Below, one piece after another: positions 11,507 to 22,476 of a stretch of 64,000 bases of DNA. The notes below the pieces were generated by a model, which saw only the letters and a list, made by a program, of their open reading frames with translations, did no database searches and was not told the DNA's origin. Origin of the DNA: Zygnema circumcarinatum SAG 698-1b (taxonomy: Eukaryota > Plantae > Zygnematophyceae); the NCBI GenBank assembly GCA_037447605.1, contig CM074813.1:1922001-1986000 (forward strand), written 5' to 3'. Numbering within the stretch: position 1 is the stretch's first letter; each line of letters begins with the position of its first letter. Made by a program: the position numbers and the translations under genes.

Positions 11507-14500
11507 GAGACGCAAAAAACCTCCAATAACATAGAGCTTCTCCACGTGGCGCTGCATGATGGAACGCGCCTCTTCCTCCAATGCGGCCACGGCGGGCTTG
11601 CGCATGCGCAATGCAGCCTGCCAAGGCGAGACGCTATGCCGCCAGTCAGCCTCGCTATCTCTCTGCCCCCCCATCCCACCTCCCTCCCTCCCTCCCTCCC
11701 TCCCCTTTCCACACCCCCTCTCCTTCCCCCACTTTCTCTCTCTCACAAACACGCAGACATAGATCTGCCTCTTGAACTATATTTCAGAATATACGACTTC
11801 CCGTTCGTTTCAAATTGAATGGAGAATTGCGGGTCAATTGAATCTTTGCCTTGAAACGGAATGAAGAAAAGTAACTCGAGCGAAGCGCGTGAGTTGGTAA
11901 GTGGCCCGGACCTGGAACAGCTGATGGAGCAGGGTTCCATGCAGGGCAGACACTGAGGTCTCCTGTGACTGAATTCTGTCACTGATAACGGACCTCCGCG
12001 GGCACATAAAACTCGACCCCACCTGCCCAAATCAATATACCCTCACCCCTTAACCGTGTTGGCCCACCTACACCCTAACTGTGCAACCCCCCAATTCAAA
12101 GGGTACTCTTAACTTCAAACCCTCTCTACCCTCTGTCCCTACCCTGCCTGTCTCCCCATCTTCCCCTCTCTCCCCCACCCTCTGCACTCCCGTCTCCCTC
12201 CATTCCCTCCCTTTGTTGACAAGTTTCTACCATTGGATTTGCATTTACGCATCACCAATATTTTCCGCTTTCTGCCCTCGCATTTCTACTTTCCTTTTCC
12301 TTTTCATAGGAGTTTTAGGCCATACCTGTGATCCAGAAATCAGAACATCCGGATGAAGAATACAAAGGTTATTTTCTCCGTCCACGATGCAGCTTCGATT
12401 TGAATCAAAATCTCCAATAATTCCAACTCGATGCCCAGATTCTACCGGCGTTGAAATCCTGAAAAGACGTTGAGTGATAATTAGATCGCAACATAATACG
12501 GTCAGGCCGAGTAAAAATGATTTTCGTGAACATAGAATGGCGTATATAGGAGCAACCGAAAGTAAAATCAAATCTGAAAATTGAATGTATGTGATGGGGG
12601 GGGGTGGGGGTGTGGGGGGAGAGTGAGACAGAGAGAGAGAGAGAGAGAGGGGGGTGGGGGGGAAAGGTGGAAGGACTACGCAGAGATTCCGGATGAAAGG
12701 GAGATGGGAGTAAGACTCAGGAGAGGAATTGAAGTGTGACTGAGAGATATGAGGGATGGAAACGCGGGGAATTAGGCAGAAGGAAAAACGAGGGAGAGGG
12801 GAGGGAGACACTAACTGAGACCAAGGGAGAAGAAGCGGGGAAGAGAAAAGGAGTGATAAGGGACAGGTTCGGAGATAGTGAGATAAAGGTGGGGAAAACA
12901 GACAGGCAGAGAAAGTCTGAGAGAGAAAATAGGAGATAGAAGGCCACCCACCACTCGTCGCGTAAAAGCACGACGAAGAATTCTTTGCTGCCTTCTCGAC
13001 AGAGCTTTAATGCCTAAAAACAATAAGGAAATTACCCAACAGCATAGCATTTTTTAAGTTTTTTTCCTTTTCAAGCTTCTAACCCCTGGATTGCAAAGCG
13101 AGCAAGCAATGCCCACCTTTCACGGACTCTAAACCCGCCTAGATTTTCTAAACACTTACAGAATTAAAATAGGCTTCATTGCATCTTCTGTCTGCACGGA
13201 AAGCTTGTGAAATTTGGAACCTTTGGCACCGTCATTCAAGTGAACAAGAATATTCTTAAGCGTATCCATACGAATTTGGGCTCTTCCGCACCATAAACAC
13301 AACTCACCTTTTGAAGCATTACCCCATTAGAACTAACATATTCCTCCTCAGTTACCTGTCGAACAAACCCACAGATTCACCCAAACTGGCCTTCCTGTTA
13401 CTGACACCTTTCACCATTGCAGCTTCACTGTCCTTTTCAATATTCTCTCTCTCGCTTCCACCTTCCCTCTCCTACTCTCCTCGTCACCTCTCGGCTTCTC
13501 CTTTCTCTCCATCCCGATCCCCTTGGCCTCGACCTCTACTTCCCTTCCCTATCCTGCTTCGCGCCCTACACATAATCGCTCTCTCTCCATTTCCCCTCCT
13601 CTCGCTAAATGTCCCTCCCTCCCTCCAAGTCCGTCTCTACCGCCTCTCCTTCTTCCTCTTGCTCTCCCTCTCCGTCTCTTATCCCTTTTCTCTCTCCCTC
13701 TCCATTTCTTTCTTTTCCTCCCATTCCGACTCTCGCTTCCTCTACCTCCCCTTGTTCCTCTCCCTCCTCCCTCCCTCCCTGTTCCTCCCTCCCTCTCTGA
13801 CTCCCTGTCTCGCTCTTTTCTTTCTCACCCTCTTCTTTTCCCTTTCCCCTCTCCCTGTTATCCACCCTTCTCTCACTCCCTTTTCTCCTGTGCCACTTTA
13901 TCTCTTCCTCATCGCCTACCTCAACGACGACAAAATGTTGTCTGCCTCCCGTGGAGGATCCCTTAGTGGGGGGACTTTCTGGACCTTCGCGTCCATTTAA
14001 TTCAGCAGTTACCTCCCTTAAAGCAAGCCTTAAATCATTCTCCAACTCTCTATTGAGCCCATTACATTCGGTTATTCTATCGCTTTCATTCTCCCGTGTC
14101 GTATCCGTCTCCCTTTCCTCCTTTCCTCCTTCCACGGGTCCTCTCTCTTTGCCAGGTGTCTCAAAAAGTGCGGCCAAATCTGCTCCTTCTAAAAGCTCAA
14201 CTAAATCCGGAGGCCACCCTTCAAACTCAACTTCCTTTTTGCTTCCGGCGCTGCTGCTGGAGCAGACTCCGTCTATTGCAATTCCTTCCTTCTCTAAGTT
14301 ATTTTCATCGTTATTAGTATTTTCATTACTAATTTTTTCTGCTTCCGTCTCCTGCACTAAGCACCGCTGTCCCTCTCGTCGACTTAGCTCACTTTCAACG
14401 CGATCCAGTAAATCCAATAAACCCTGCGCAGGTTAATGGCCATCAGTAGCAATAAATGAAAAAAAAAATCAGGAGGAAAGCTGAAAAAAGTGCGTCCTCT

Positions 14501-16938
14501 TCAAGTAGTTTTACTTTTTACCTTCCTGCCTTGTCCTTTTTTTGGAATAGATTGCCGGCTTCTTGTTGATTTGTTGTCGGATTTTTTTCTGCTCCCTGAC
14601 TGCACAGCATCGTAAAGTCACATCACAGTCCAAGTCAAAAAGGTTTCGAACCAGCCTCGGTCCTAGTGAAGATTTTCCTTCGGAAGTGAAGCGGGAAAGC
14701 AAATCGGCACGGACAGGAGGAGACGGAAAAAACGGGAGGGGGGGAAGGAAAGGAGGAAGATAGAGAGAGAGAGACAGAGAGAGAGTGAGAGTGAGAGTGA
14801 GAGAGAGAGTGTGTGCTCACTTGACATTCCTTTTCCTCGGCAGAGCCGTCGAAGCAGATCCTCCGGCTCGCGGCAAAAGACAAACCATCCTTCAGTTTAC
14901 TCGCCGACTTCTTCCCCCTCGGAGGAGTCGCTTCCCCGCACCTTCCACGTGCATTTTCCTTGTCGTCATCCGCCTCATCTCTGCCCTCTCCATGCATTTC
15001 CGTTCTGCCTCCGTTCTCTTTCACAGACTTCAGTTCGGGAGATTGAAACCAGTTTTCCAACATGGCGGAAGCTTCCGAAGGGAGAGGCTGTAGCAAGCAG
15101 CGAGAGACATGCCTTAGGGAGAGGGGGAAGTAAGAGGGTGAGGTGTATGGTGATGGAGTTAGAGAGGGGGAGGAAACAGGAAGAGAAACAGCTAAGTCCC
15201 ACACAAAAGCTTGCTTTAACCAAGCCAGAAGAAAGGGCGAAAAATATAAATGCCTCAAGCATTCCTTTCGAAAGGAAGCAATTGGAAAATGCAAAAAAAC
15301 GTTTCTATGGTGAACTAAGCACCTTCATATCGGTCAAAGTCTCCCCAGAGCATCGATGAAGAGTGGACGCAGTAATCATCATTTCCCGCAAGACGCCATC
15401 CTTTGAACTCGGCTTCTCATTCTCCAATGCGGTTGTTGTACCAGAAGTTGAACTCAATTGTTTGCTGCACATGGAGCCTTCGTTCTGTTCCCTTCCCGCC
15501 GTTCCCATGGATATCCGTTGAAGCCGCAGAACGGCAGGAGTGACCTCCCATATGACCTGATCTGTAGAGTCGTCCTGGCTGGGTAGGAACTGGCAGCAAG
15601 ACAAAAGAGAGAGACAGTGAGGAACTAAAATAAGAATAGGCCTATCAAGGTAGAGGTGTAGATACTCTGGCAGCATTGTTTTTTGTTTGGAGAACTCTTG
15701 AGTATGGATGATGAGAAGAGATTTCCATACTCTGCCTTCTTCCTGGCTGTCTTTCTCCATCCATCCCTCTCCCTTCCTATCTCTGTCTCCCTCTCTCTCT
15801 TGTCCCTGTACTCTCTCACAACTCTGTCTATCTCTCCTCGCTCTCTCACCTCTTCACTCCCACTTCCATCTCTCCTCGCCCCCTCTCCGTCTCCTTCTCC
15901 TCACTACCTTTCTCTGTGTCTCTCCTCACGCCTTCTCTCTCGCTTTCACATTCTCACAGTTCACATGAGGTGAGTAAGAACTTCCCCCTATGTAGCCTGT
16001 GCAGCTCGCAGCCTCCGCCAACATTAGCAGCAATTGACCAGGAATGGCACATGAAAGGGAAGAACCGAAAAGAACCCAAAATTATGCAAGAATGTACAAT
16101 ATGAAACTGGTGGGCGTACTTCCTTCGGAAAAATCCGTAGCCGCTTTTGTGAAGGCGGCGTCACGTCATCCACGATGCAAAGGGGCGGTCCAACGGGGGA
16201 CTCTGCAGTTAATACATGGGAACAGATTCGTTAATAAATGATTAGAGTTAATGATAACATTTAATAACAGGTTATAAACAAAGCAAAAGGTGAAAGAAAT
16301 GATGAAATCGAATACTGTCCCTTTATTCCCTTTAAGAATTTTTAATTGCGTTTAATCCACACCCCCATTTTGTTTTACCTTCCACATCCGCTGAATTTTC
16401 CACTTTCTTTCTTTTTCCGGAACTTAATTCAAGGTTCTCGCCATTGGGTTTCTCTGTAGCCAATATTTGGGAAATTAGGGTTGAATCTCGCGCTGAAAGG
16501 CCCATTTCCATGCGCGTGTCTCCTACGGCGAATCCGTTGCCACTCGCAGGCTCAGTTTTGCTATTGTTCCGATCCTGATGTCGCGAGAAGAAGAAATCGA
16601 CTCCGCGGCTCGAAACTTGCGACGCTGAACTCGCCTTTTTAGGGCCTCCACGGGCTTTCTACAAAAGCTCACTCCAAAAGAAAAGAAACTGACAGCATTT
16701 ACGGATTTATCATGTGAAAATTTTCTGGCTTCAGAATAATGGGATTTCCATGGGCTACATTCCTGAAACTGCGCCCTTGTCCTCTCTCCCCACCTCCCCT
16801 TTTTCCCACCCTATTGTTTAAAGTCTTGCTGATCCATTCTCCCCCACCCATCGCCATGAATCATCGCAATGATTCATCACGATTCAGTGTTCTAAAAGCC
16901 CCAAAACCCCAGAACCTAGAATTCACCTTCGAGGCCAT
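3178..16938 (-). CDS. DNA2: DNA replication ATP-dependent helicase/nuclease DNA2 (JHS1-like), ~35 exons
   Basis: Spliced motifs: MASK|KARGG..., [20 protein letters not shown]|[58 protein letters not shown] (Fe-S), [10 protein letters not shown] (Walker A), [23 protein letters not shown]|[22 protein letters not shown]. Exons (approx.): 16927-16938, 16379-16658, 16120-16202, 15323-15589, 14821-15087, 14522-14599, 13920-14423, 13308-13355, 12952-13013, 12326-12458, 11912-12022, 11521-11617, 11079-11161, 10881-10946, 10457-10645, 9964-10077, 9701-9811, 9356-9412, 9015-9152, ~8620-8830, ~8277-8355, 7929-8050, 7671-7743, 7398-7484, 7094-7261, 6855-6924, 6540-6691, 6107-6184, 5585-~5680, 5185-5349, 4424-4463, 4210-4283, 3927-4070, 3669-3785, 3372-3443, 3178-3231. 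Splicing in 8356-8620 is unresolved. Confidence 0.95.
4659..5160. repeat. Intronic GA-rich low-complexity tract with ~200 bp internal duplication (DNA2 intron)
   Basis: GTGATGGAGAGGATGGGGGAG...GAGGATGAGGAAGAGGGTGA occurs from ~4659 and again from ~4852. Confidence 0.7.
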
Positions 16939-17194
16939 GGCTGCTGCTCCGTTCCTCGCAGAACACTGCCGTCAAACTGTGCACAGGCACACATGGAGCC
17001 GCGCGAATGCTACAATCTGAACGAGAAGAAGCCAACGATGAACAGATTTATGAACGACAGCCTTCCTCCAGCGACCCCTACAAGCAGCGATAGAGCCTGC
17101 GCCATACGAGCTGGGCCCCCGGGCGGGCAGCCGGCGGACCGAGGAGGGACCGACAGCTGGCGGGGAGGGGGGGGGGGGGGGGGGNNNNNNNNNN

Positions 17195-17226
<32 letters not shown>

Positions 17227-17291
17227 GAGAGGGCCCTTCCCCTCGGCCCCTCTTCAGAGTGAAGGCGGTCCGCGACTCGAGGGGATTCGAA

Positions 17292-17305
17292 TTTTGGCGG
17301 GAAAA
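17292..17305. promoter_or_regulatory. E2F site (TTTTGGCGGGAAAA / TTTTCCCGCCAAAA) upstream of DNA2
   Basis: Matches the canonical TTTSSCGC-type E2F element and lies ~350 bp upstream of the DNA2 ATG. Confidence 0.65.
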
Positions 17306-17394
17306 GGGTTTAGGCGGGAGGGCTGGCTCACTGTTCAAAGCGGGGGTTCAGAGCGCGCCCTACTCGTGGTTTTACCGAGAAGCCAAAAGGACTG

Positions 17395-17781
17395 CCACGT
17401 ATGCAGTTTAATGACGTGGCATGTTGAGATTGGACTACAGTGCACATCTTTTTTTTACAGCGGAGTCAGTACACGTGGTGAGTACACGTGACATATCGAA
17501 CGGTTGAATCGCAATACGATCACACGTGGTTGCCTGTGCGAGTGCACGTGGCATATCTAACGGTGAGATTCCAAACCCTCCCACGTGGCAAATAAACTTT
17601 AACCAGATTTCCAACTGAAAATGACGCCATCCTCCATCATCATGCAAGATTTGATTTAGCAGATTCTCCTCATAGAGTTTGCTGGGGAATGACGTCATTA
17701 AACATCATCATTCGCTTCATTGCTACCTTCCGATCTTCTGAGATTCGTCCGATACGCTTCGAATCGGTGTGTTGACGTGGC
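17395..17781. promoter_or_regulatory. ACGT/G-box cluster in the DNA2 / J-TPR-WD40 divergent promoter
   Basis: Nine ACGT cores including CACGTG at 17472, 17485, 17523, 17545, 17582 and TGACGTCA at 17690. Confidence 0.55.
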
Positions 17782-19126
17782 CCAATGGCAGAAGCGACCG
17801 AATCACGCGCGGCCAATCAGGGGCCGCCAACTCAAACACGTATAATTGGACTCCCATTGAATTTGAGAGAGCGGGCCTGGACCCGTCAGGACCGCGCTAC
17901 GCGACAAGCGTTGACGCCAACAGCCCCTTGGCCGCCAGCCTGGCGCCGTGCTGCCACAGGGCCGTTAAGGCTGCCAGCTCAGCTCAGACCGCCGTTGACG
18001 CCAACGGCTACCGGCGACTCCCTGACGGCCGGTTTCGGCCGTTGCCTGCCGGCCCGGCAGGCTGCGGCGAGTACTGGGCTCCGAACCAAAGCCACAGCCG
18101 GCGCCGGCCATCCAGCTTCGCCGGCCAGTCACGTCACGCCAGCCGGGCAGTTGCTACGGCAAAGGCCAAAAGCAAGCGGCTGCAGACCGCCTGCAACCGC
18201 CGCTTTGTCAGTACGCGTGACGTGACGATGCTGATGATTTGCACCGACATCGACTGTTGCATCCGAATCCCAGAGCGTACGAACGCCCCGCGCGCCCAGC
18301 CTGCCGGCCTTGGAGGGCGCGCAAGTGGCCAAATCGCCGACACCCAAATGTCGGCACACGTGTTTCGGGTAGCCACCATTGGTTTCCGATTGAGACCTGT
18401 CGGCTGAGGCCGTACGCGCATGACGACAAAACCAGCCCAACCGCCGTCCGACAGCTGCGGGCTTGTCCAATGCGATGGGCTGCGGACGGCTACGACGGGC
18501 CGCCGTCGACCCCCAAAATTGCCGGCCACGTAGTGGCCGTTGCCGGCCGGCAGTCCGTCCAAAGTCTTTCCGGCTGCTAGAGGCGGGCGGCCCCCCCGTA
18601 GCCGGCAACAATGTCGCCGGCGAGCAGCCGGCCGCGCGGCCCCGCCCGGCCATCGTACAGGACGGGAGGATTCGCAGGCGCTGTGCGACCAGGCTGGAGC
18701 GAATGCGACAAATCCGACGTCGATCGCAGATGTACGGGCGCAGCCCGGGCGGGTGGCGCGTGCGGCGCGCGGCGCCGATTGGGCGGCGGTGGCCCCCCGC
18801 CGCGCGGCCCCCCCCGCCAGCGAGCGAGCGAGCGGTTCAAACGACCGCCCGCCTCCGCCCGCGTACACGCCCACCCGCCCTCTCTATCACACCCTTCCCT
18901 CCCTCCCTCTCTCGCCCTCCCTACAACCCTTCTCTCCCTCCCTCCTTCCCTCCCTCCCTCCCTCTCGCCTCACACACGCGCGCTCGTCAGAGTGCATGTC
19001 GGTGCTGAGCTCCGCCGGGAGGAAGCAGAGAGACGTCCGCAGCTTCGCGTTCCATACGCTACTGAATCCGCAAGACAGAAGGCTCGTGGCGGCAGCAGCA
19101 TAGAGCGGCCCTCTCCCCCGTTCGCC

Positions 19127-22100
19127 ATGGCCCCTCGCTGGGACTCCTTCCCCTTCGCCAGCGCCCTCCCCTCCCTCGTGTCGCCCAATTCCGTGCCGCC
19201 ACCTGGCACGGACTCGGGCAGCCACAGCGCCTCTCCGCCATCCACACCTTCCTCGAAGCCGCTGTCGCCCTCTCCAGAGCCGAGCTATGGCGCCTCGAGC
19301 CCCCAGCTGCTGACACCTGGCACTGGAAGCTACCTCGCGCCGTTCCCGACGACGCCGCGCATGCGGACACCTGGCACGCCGCCCCGAGGGGGGGGTGGAA
19401 GCTTCGTCCCGCCTTCCCCCTCGACTCCGAGAAGCCGTGAGATAGCCGCCAGCGAACTGAACAAGCTGAAGGAAGAGGTCGGGCTGGGTGACGCCTGCTC
19501 TGCAGCCGACTTCCGCCTCGCCTTTCAGGCCGAGCTGAAGAAGGCTCATCCCGAGAACGGCGGAAACATGGCGAAGTTTGAGAGCATAATGAGCAGCTGG
19601 GATCGAACAACGCGCCTCCTGGCGGTCCTGGACAACGACGATAGAAGAAATGGGAGTTCGGAGCCTCAGAAATCACCAGGAGCGACCTCTGAAGACCCCA
19701 AAGCCGACCCCATCATGCGGATTTCGGACTGGGAAAGAAGGGGGCTGGGGGTTTTAGCCGACAGTTTCAGCTGTTCTGCGAGTTGTTCTGCCGATGTGAC
19801 AGGTGGCAGGGTCCCAGGCCTGCCCCCTAAGCGGCCGTTGAAGGCCGCCAACAGGTTGAAGAAGCTTCTGTTGATGGACCGGCGGGAGGCCGCCTCCTCC
19901 GCCGACTCGCGAAGCGTGCAGAGCGCGTGGGAGTCGAGCCGCTCGTTTGGGAGTCCCTTCAGGGAGGGGCAGGAGGCCCTCCTGCAGACCAGCGAGGGTC
20001 CCGATGTGAAATATGATTGGAGTCCAAAATCTGCGGCAAAAATGGGCGACACGGCATTTTTGCAGCGGAATTTTACGGCGGCTGTGGAGCTGTACTCCAT
20101 AGCAATGGCCATGCGGCCGATGGACGCAGGACTGGTTCTGTGCCGCTCTGCAGCACAGTACAAGAAGGGATCGTATTCGCAGGTGCGTTTTTCTTCAGAC
20201 ATTTCAGAAAGGCGGAAACGCACGTGCATTTGTCTTGTGTTCAAGTGATGTGATGATCTTTCGTTTCTCTATGTTTGATGATGTCCGGGAATTATCAGAG
20301 ACTGTTTTTATCTTTTTGTGATTATCTTGACCTTCATCACAACTCTCCCCCCCTCCCTCTCTTCCTCCCCTGTCTCTCTCATCAACCCCCCCCGTTTCTC
20401 TTCCTCCCTATCCTTCCTCATCGCCTCACGCTCGCCAACTTTTTCCTGCAGTGCCCCCACCTTTCCTTCTCTGCTTCTCCTCTCCCGTTTCTTCCCTTTG
20501 TTTTATCTCTCTCCCTCCCCCTCCCCCTCCCNNNNNNNNNNCCCTCCCCCTCCCCCTCCCCCTCCCCCTCTCTCTCGTCTCTCTCTCTCGTCTCTCTCTC
20601 TCTCGTCTCTCTCGTCTCTCGCGTCTCTCTCTCTCTCGTCTCTCTCTCTCTCCCTCTCTCTCTCCCTCTCCCTCTCCCTCTCCCTCTCTCTCTCTCTCTG
20701 GCCCGTGTTTGCCCCTCGCTCACTCCCTCCCTCCCTCCCTCCCTGCACGTGCAGGCCCTGAGCGACGCCCGGCGCGCCATCCGTCTGCGGCCGACGTGGC
20801 CGAAAGCGCACTACCGGCTGGGGCTCGTCCACAAGGCCCTCGGCCAGCTGGCAGCCGCCGTGGCGTCCTTCCGGAGGGCGCTCGAACTCGAGGAGGACCC
20901 CTCGCCCGCCCTCGTCCTCCTCACTCTCAAGGCGGAAGCAGTACTCAGCGACTCGCGCCAGGTGGCGGCTCTCAAAACCTCCCCCGGCGGCAGCCCCACC
21001 TCCTCCCTCGCCTTCCAGCCCTCCCTCGCCGCCCTCGACTTCCGGAATAATGATTTTGAGAGCACCTCTACTCCCTGCCCCAACTCATTTACTTCGTGGG
21101 CGAGTCCAGTGGGATCGGTGTTTTCATCTGTGAGCTCGCCACGTGTCAAGTGGGAGCAGTCGACGAAATCGTTGCCGGCATCACCTTCAGGGGAAGCGGT
21201 AGCAAAAGTGGTCGTGAAAAGTAGAATCAAACCGGCTCTGACTTTGGATCTGAAGTGTCTGGAATCGTCAGGGTTCGAGGAACCGGGCGCCCAAGAAAAT
21301 TTTCATTCAGACTCGGCAGTAAGCTATTCGCGAGAGCCGAGTTCGGAGTTTGGTGAGTCGGCGCCGCTGTTCGTGACAGGCTCAGAAGACGGAACAGTGT
21401 CCTTCTGGAACAGTGCCACGTGGCAGAAGGTAGATGAGCAAAAGCCCCATCAGGAGACAGTGACGGAAGTGCTGTGGTCGCCAGAGGGCAACGTTGTAGC
21501 CACCGCTTCGGAAGATGGCACGATTTGTGTGTGGAAAGTGTGCAGCCGCGGGGAGAGGGATGAAAGCTTCTTTGAAGGAGAACCAGAAATCGAGGAGGAC
21601 CCGTCGGCTCAAAAGTCGATTTCTGTGAGATGGGTTTTGACAAGCCACACAGATTCAATCACGGGGATGAGTTTCAACAGTGATGGGTCTTGTCTTGTCT
21701 CAATCTCGGCGGATAAGACGGCCCGGCTTTGGAATGTGGAGCTGGGGAAGCTTTTGGATGTGTACGAGGGCCATGAGGGGGCGCTGACGAGCGTGACAGT
21801 GTCACTCGATGATGCGTTCATCGCAACTGCGTCCGTAGACTCCACAGTGAAGATTTGGGACACCACACAGGGCAAGTGCGTGCACACGATCGAGGGGCCT
21901 GCCGGGTGCGCGCTCACATGCAAGTTTTTCCGGTTCAGTCACCGCTTCCAAGATGCAGGAAAGCATTACTTTGCTTCGAGTCAAAACAATGCGAATGAGG
22001 AAGAGAGTTGGGTCAATCTTTGGCTCGTGAAGGAGGACGAGCCGAATTTGACAGTGATGCAGAGGAGCCAAACTCAGTTCGACCAACTGATAACGGCAGT

Positions 22101-22476
22101 TGAGTTCTATCAGATGGATAACGGAGCGGTCCTCGCAGCTATCGCGTTGGCCGACGGAAAGTTGAGCACATGGAACCTCTGCGCGCTTGGAATGCGGGCA
22201 CAGTGCCTCCACATCCTTCAGATGCCCGACCAAACCCCCATCTTTTACACACTGAGATTCTCTCCCTCGGGGGACTGCTTGGCGGCCTGCGGCATGGACA
22301 AGCGCGTGAAGGTGTGGCGGCTCTCTAACGGCGAGCTCGAGCATTGGTTCAAGGGCCACAGCAAGTTCGTGACATCTGTCGCGTGGTCGAGCGACGGCCG
22401 CCTGCTCGCCTCGACCTCGGCCGACGAGACCGTCCGCGTGTGGAGCGGAGAGGCGCAGAGCGAAGACGCGTTCTGA
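19127..22476 (+). CDS. J-domain-like (HPE) + TPR + WD40-repeat protein, 2 exons (19127-20182, 20755-22476), ~925 aa
   Basis: gccATGG start; Pro/Ser-rich N-terminus; EEVGLGDACSAADFRLAFQAELKKAHPENGGNMAKFESIMSSWDR (J-like); TPRs KMGDTAFLQRNFTAAVELYS...|ALSDARRAIRLRPTWPKAHYRLGLVHKALGQLAAAVASFRRALEL across a GT-AG phase-0 intron; WD40 repeats (GSEDGTVSFWN, ASEDGTICVWK, SADKTARLWN, SVDSTVKIWD, GMDKRVKVWR, SADETVRVWS). Confidence 0.85.

Noticed and set aside
18611-19126. 5' extension of the 545-aa ORF
   Set aside because: GC-rich promoter and CT leader; the ATG at 19127 has strong gccATGG context.
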